This document shows positions 63,201 through 64,000 of a DNA stretch of 64,000 nt, one piece after another (within the stretch, counting starts at the first letter, position 1; every line of letters starts with the position of its first letter). Position numbers and translations under genes: made by a program. This DNA is from Myxococcales bacterium (lineage in GTDB: Bacteria; Myxococcota_A; UBA9042; JABWCM01; BTVJ01): the NCBI GenBank assembly GCA_045863395.1, contig BTVJ01000010.1, forward strand, positions 1 through 64,000. The letters run 5' to 3'. The notes under the pieces are model-generated. The model was not told where the DNA came from. It worked only from the letters and a program-made list of their open reading frames with translations, and did no database searches.

Positions 63201-64000
63201 GCGCGACGCCCTCCGTTTCGCAAGGAGAGGCGCCCATCCTCATCGCCGGCAACGCCTGGCAGCCCTCCGGCGCCCCGGCCGGGAAGGTCACGGTGCGCAT
63301 CACCCTCACGCTGGCGGGCTTCGTGCGGACCTTCGACGTCCAGACCGCCGCGGACGGGACCTTCACCCTGCCCTTCTTGCCGCCGGCCGCCGAGGGCGGC
63401 GTCTATGAGGTGCGCGCCGGCTACCCGGGGCTCGGCGACACGGCGCCCGAGGCGACCTTCACGGTCAACAAGGTGGTGGTGACCCCCAAGGCACCAACGC
63501 TGACCCTCGCGACGGGCTACCCCACCACCCTCGCGCTCACGGCAGCCGCCACCCCTGGCCTGGCGCTGACGGCGCTCCGCGTGGAGGTGGTCCAGGCGCC
63601 GGCCGGCATCACGCTCGAGCTGCCTCCGCCCCAGGACGCTACGGGGACCGTCTCACTGCCGATCATGGTCACCGGCGGGGCGCCAGCCCCCACCTCGTCG
63701 TACTTCTTGCTGCGAGTCCTGAGCGACGAGGGCACCTGGGGGGAGCTGAAGGTCACCTACACCCTGACGCCAGCGGGGCCGGCCCTGACCTGGTCCCCCG
63801 CGTTCGTGCAGACCGGGGTGGCTCGGGGGGACGTGGTCAGCGAGACCGTCACAATCGCCAACGAGGGGACCCTCGTCGCCGCTGGCGTGTCGGTGTCGCT
63901 CCTGTCCTCCACCAAGACCACCGCCCCCACCTGGGCCTTCGTCCAGTCGGGAAAGCAGCTCGGCGACCTCGCCGTCGGCGCCAAGGTGCCCGTCACGCTG
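48266..64000 (+). CDS. Giant secreted multidomain surface protein (FN3/Big repeats, fibrinogen-like, discoidin, DUF2341-like, LamG-like, Gly-rich), >5245 aa, 3'-partial
   Basis: AAGGAGG RBS, ATG 48266 overlapping the upstream TGA, signal peptide MSAALRTLIAVAMLVPGAAAA|Q. The frame reads sensibly wherever it was translated and ends ...GAKVPVTL at 64000. The ORF track has no terminated ORF in this frame, consistent with no stop codon. Confidence 0.88.
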   Translation, partial: MSAALRTLIAVAMLVPGAAAAQNLLVNGSCDDALVGAEIPGWTEVTGTSWTRRSSSPGARDGSYYFYAGANAAAELAQSVDVSSMAADIDGGAHAFRFSGFIRSFDQAPSDTARIVVEYRSGAGTVLDAFDTGPTAYFVAWTPISDTRTAPVGTRTIRVRLESIRFNGTNNDGYFDGLRLVALGAPPAVAGTATRIEDLRAEATEGGVRLRWTAPTAGLRRGLSPDLPALDCVDVAETGNTASGVYWLATEGGPSRAFCDLDTDGGGWTLCYTATTTVRLASETTYDPALPYGTDGYRADCRGVPFRDVLYVNHDGGDHAWFRRDAAGDVTMGELGYNTNGAELGTFTGHGATDAGVPYQLMVCDTTNWYPGLMVSGAGSCWKSCGNWCSDSTSLYYRMRGLSYVGAAFNQPGHRDLQPKRLSVGVRRRVPNPPPGASTYEVRSSAVAITDAAPWEPTPSRGEHDGTVDDGALTLAPPVAGVVDDRARVLAVESGLTVPLGVAVTDGAWIYAKPQAGSGPSIFWKIGSGMGGTVAGQVESSVGPDTTASMSAAYLDGFIYNPISGNPYALERLDVATGVLETVAVPDGLLRRDTGRVEAGGEILIGSDGQHLLCLAHSIEGGSLNGWRLRTYGVGPLGEPDLLDESLIFTTSYAARSVLADGSVVIPMPWGNSSGTARILAVLDPATLAQVRTSSIIQCSSCWDFDAPAGGGYDPLHGLFWVGDGVRPRLAAFPATRVTSAGTFTSEAHDFGAPVTLGSITWDAEIPAGASATVSARTSQDLATWSAFAPVSASGGTPAVPAGRYAQVRVTMSRGSNAPRVRGLHVSASGETWSAATPVTGAPEPGPPGTPQEMVVPVAPGEAWFAIRAVTTAPGPASVPAHRPAGTAITLDSPPDGATVAGLVPVQVTAAATSVELRVDGALVATLEAPSAPAAQAASPRWRLSRTVRVDDAGPGLSATTTVSVPLDVADLIPRGFVRPDLSDLRLLGSEELPRLRHRDGTLRFRLPRPIPPGGTDTFTLVMGGDPSGPAPDSPGSVALFHDDFEGGDARWTNLQGPWAVAEVGGRTAMQRAVTSETLGGGVRAWLTQAEPGPLPQSFDLEALVRSPSGYSNAYWGFFLYGSAVTVNDATYIGSNHLIHHTWTTNGGYTEIQSVSDFVRLDHWHRLSAHVRGVTFDTRLDGTLTVFGRPGHGPAGTVGLWSEATYGAGTAPAWYDDLTIWDRGVLPPRVVLGPETPAPTTPSTWTWAWDTTSLAPGTHTIEARAVDAFGSASATAVVTVEAPVVSTPTLTAPADGALVEGTTVHVTGTAPAGSVVTVTVDGEPAATTTAAGGTPWVVEAEAPSNTVTGGMIVGGAIHVGSWPGPSTTNVALGRKATANKTYSGSYPASQAVDGRPESGAGTYWLAPNGAKDAHVTVDLGAPHVVDRIRVINTRNGSFNDRSTKDYRLGISMDGVTFTVVASGTLADDDWTTWVTSTLAPPLVARHVRFYADTYFGSGAGLGELEVYGTEQGAWARVETPWHALPGTLVSFTADASGAAHEVSVEGETWLPISALPGLSLPAGQARLRTTLVRSSLTSDPWVDRLQVVASGAGGGPGAFATDVPVIGGIHQIAASATLGAVTSSPSATVTIDVDPAPPGAVNDLLATPGAAQGSVVLTWTAPGDDGAAGTAAAYQIWRHSAPLSANLLQVATVVPAPAPAAGGTPESLTVTGLATGTTYHWILRAVDDRGQEAPLSNGSSTIPGDTTAPSLTITAPVGGAHLRSSQTLTATATDPSGVATVTWKVDGTTVAVATTPFSATIDTAGWADGQHTIVGEARDTFGNLTTKQVTVTFDNTAPSLALDPVASPRATAVTVTYTTSDALTPAGQLVVRDQDGRAPPLVYGDEGPRTVTVTSTDLAGNVASALVAFLIDQTGPAPIVDLEATPGGGGVELAWTAPSDALTSVASYEVRVAAAGGTAFGTGADGPLSVTGTVTVDSVRTPVVGDVPAGSTTVPVVNAAGFQAGDEVILWDAQGPLSPGRWTSRRLSGVAGGALLLDAPLADALPGATDQVVAQRVPQYTNVTVNAGGILTASPWDGQTGGLVAFRATGTVTILAGGKIDASGLGFRGSPASGTWQCRRNQSGGGGEGLLGHLAADQPNAHVNGGGGALRVTCTDAAGGGGGGNAAPGTPGEDWTCSLGGKGGAAVDDHGFTRLLLGGGGGEGGADNDGGAPGIGGRGGGAVVLSTASILIDGELTSRGKAGGNACQSCAGCSGSGCGMGGGGGGAGGSVLVRAGAFDLNVGLVDVAGGSGGLHVGSCGGNGGAGGAGRVRIEADTVAGPVPGAVTGALSAFDWAAATPVEGAPTPGAPGAAESMTATELPAGSLLFAVRSRDAVGNLSPLSNVPGVDSAPPTVTIDDPLDGETVTRPVAVQVTATDDVGVLSVRFAVDGQELSVDTAPPWRHDLDIRALVPGPHEISVVATDTSGMEAQAAVTVVIAPAPPAAPVILAPEEGALVRTATPAIGGSAEAWTTVHVYADGDLVASVPSAKAATLSWEAEADAVARHGLTIDGGQVAIAPAGGTATNLALLPGTVVTGGTDTSTAVDGKTTYWWASWRTSAACTEVPTRLGRVALAAPALIDHIRLGLFDDGRQFYGYRVEVSQDGHEWVTWADTAGSGLDYTGDQELSGPPRMIRYVDIWVTGSTTGCDAIVSEVGIFAATSGLGGVALFPLVADPTATLATGFEASESPADGSITWEVLATGDLLADTFEGNAVDPERWVQAGTTVAAGVASVTGTGTWGQRYLIGRKRAFRTGDVVLSARLFPTTGSRSMVGIKDQDTTTTYTALIYGLHFDAGTLNVYEDGTLRGSVGTYTQAQWIDVRIEVGDPAGATTWIRPAGGDWSQVYASAYSAEADLRPALIVRTGTVQLDAMTLRARAWWPMERLSDADLAASRLQVRAHLTRPNVEATSPTVDVASLLLSDGALGAGPGAFRAVVPLADGAHTVTAVCEDAVGSGPPSPPVTFTVDSGPPDAITDLTGVALPGGVVQLGWTAPASEPVTSYLVYRSSTPIEDVSQHQPIATTAATGFLDASNQSATFHYVVVAVDLAGNRSAPSNAVVVVSDKAGPTATVATNPPSPLGLGDVEVVFTLSEPVQAGAVFRFVPPGGAPVTLSAVADSPLVHRATLAITEAMASGQAEFTWSGVDLTGNAGTAVPTGRYVTLDTVRPTATISLTPPPPLGPGSVAVKVLSSEPLSAVPGLAFAPEGKGPTPIPLSGAGGLYQGTLTVTPALGDGVGVFSFQGTDAVGNVGTTLTKGGTAIIDTTPPAPPTDLAAVKTPTGAISLTWSQPGDASTWRVYRDRDPLTSTAGLTPAVTATTTSALDLPPEDGLWHYAVVAVDAAGNASGPSDGASVVASPPPPEDPTGLTVVAAGLTTVTVGWIPSIDSQGTLTGYRVYRDGALVQTLSPSATATTLGGLSPASGAAVRVTAFDAANRESLGATVQAWTLVPNPADLAAEGQDGRVELEWTPSLAPAVLHQAIYMGEAPFGTVAGLLPVATVAPGAASASVLGLTNGQPLWFAVVAVNQSGLFEPAVTPVGATPADHEAPNPPTALKVVESLATSVVLSFTPSTSADLAGYTLKRNGTQVATLPAGASGYTLGGLPTASSNALALAAYDGSGNQSAAATVTAVTLLPNPSGVTVTPHDQSLTVTWAHAQPVLLVKTYRVYAEPAPFTSVTGLTPRVTKWGTSATITGLFNGQPTWVAVTTVNDSDGETQAVTPVSAIPQDDAPPANPGSVTVTASDGTSVTLAWTAPPNPTGDLAGTRLYLDGALVATVGPTLTTHTLTGLAPGSSYAVRLTSFDAAGNESAGATLTVYTTLPNPPVTGVTPGHGSLTLAWTPATPASNVGGQALYVGTAPFVTVAGKAPALVVGPTATSGKVVGLTNGQVAHVAVVTVSKSGGFDPAVVSVPGTPAKDTVGPSLASVTFAGAPLADPVTGDGAFAVDATDAEGVAWVRFLVDGESIGQDPSSSGGWSVAWSPDAAGNGPHALRVEAQDVHGNGSSLDAPFVVTLGPPPPPTLTSPADGAVVGTSTLLVSGTAKAGSLVAVRAGEAAATISANPSGSFTTAITLAPGPNVLTATATGVGGESAPSAPIGVTLDTVTPLAPKALSAVGGEAGAITLSWADAGDSSPSGTQGYRVWRAAAPFTAVGQATLVTATPVTALKVTDLPPADGAWWYGVTKLSKAGLESGLSSLATATSDSTPPTVQLVWTPQGASGGGKVGVGPLALTATFSEPLLATPFLALTPAGGTPMTIQLAKAGDTFTGTAQVTESTPSGTAWAVVSARDLVGNRGTQITGGGTVTLDTRAPEVASLVTDPPAPIANDPDAPVTVSVTVTLDEAMPAGVAPSLTWRLLATHPEPSTVPLASLDPLTWVGGLTLPTTAGAPPEALAFAWLAVDELGNEGTTIHGPAEIEVYQGALPPLAAPLGLKAEPQPGGHIALSWIPVAGASATRVYRRPPGGAHTLIAEVLDPSHTDLPDADGPWVYAVASVRTVGSAVAESPKSPEATATSDRVPPGAPLALALSLTGQGVVAQWSPPPYTEPVTYRLLRSADPITTAEGATVVGSGIPGTSAADPAPTTAERTYAVVAADAVGNLSAPSANQMINAALLPVAALTAVRGAGAPVLTWTHGASDLAGFRVTVDGATEPGLLAAPPFTDAAWEGGSRTYGVSAVDDLGDASPEHLLTLPDLTATLASGSVRRNVISRLTWSLTSPTTVAGVTLALDLGASAAAAPPVTVGPAPTLVDLVVAGAPSLPDAVDATLGMSVTPAPGDGVLIESAAPLTVTNDGYLLQVQSQALVRGAPTQVRLVLQNTSDVTAEVVTATGAGSKPSDQVRFRLEDPDGNLLATAALHQGLGEGVVQVPNGQTVGRAQPGQAFTSAWTTLAVPEAAPDTVVLRAVVDAVHYDLGKAGHVQVPGPSSSQTLTLVPPPYDAAVTSATPSVSQGEAPILIAGNAWQPSGAPAGKVTVRITLTLAGFVRTFDVQTAADGTFTLPFLPPAAEGGVYEVRAGYPGLGDTAPEATFTVNKVVVTPKAPTLTLATGYPTTLALTAAATPGLALTALRVEVVQAPAGITLELPPPQDATGTVSLPIMVTGGAPAPTSSYFLLRVLSDEGTWGELKVTYTLTPAGPALTWSPAFVQTGVARGDVVSETVTIANEGTLVAAGVSVSLLSSTKTTAPTWAFVQSGKQLGDLAVGAKVPVTL

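Noticed and set aside
48354..63996. Many ORF-track entries, such as 51418-55599, 53513-57214 and 59440-63408
   Set aside because: Arg/Gly/Pro-rich off-frame or antisense shadows of the giant frame +2 ORF.

Overview
High-GC genomic DNA, very probably from Myxococcota/Deltaproteobacteria (myxobacterial Cys-rich repeats plus a MYXO-CTERM-like tail, myxobacterial-type PAAR). From left to right: (1) a (CT)27 tract inside the start of a divergent gene. (2) An 11.3-kb, 9-gene, translationally coupled respiratory operon: NAD(P)H flavo-Fe-S oxidoreductase, Rieske, split cytochrome b6 plus subunit IV, 7-heme cytochrome c, Tat-exported NXR/pNar-type Mo enzyme alpha/beta/gamma, and a TorD-type chaperone. 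(3) An RCC1 lipoprotein and a Cys-repeat surface protein. (4) A MntA/HepT toxin-antitoxin pair, an ABC exporter, lipoproteins, YceI and ArdC. (5) An orphan PAAR plus M15 peptidase pair. (6) A complete group 3b [NiFe]-hydrogenase operon with hyp genes, including an in-frame maturation protease-HypF fusion, and a two-component system. (7) An esterase, a frameshifted ybhB and a 176-bp MITE. (8) A three-gene surface-protein operon: a ~2045-aa secreted protein, a secreted transglutaminase-like enzyme, and a giant ORF of >5245 codons that runs off the window end and is absent from the ORF track. Its Ig/FN3 domains carry nested cargo domains inserted into their loops. No rRNA, tRNA or CRISPR array was recognised. 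All family assignments come from motif recognition by eye, with no database searches.
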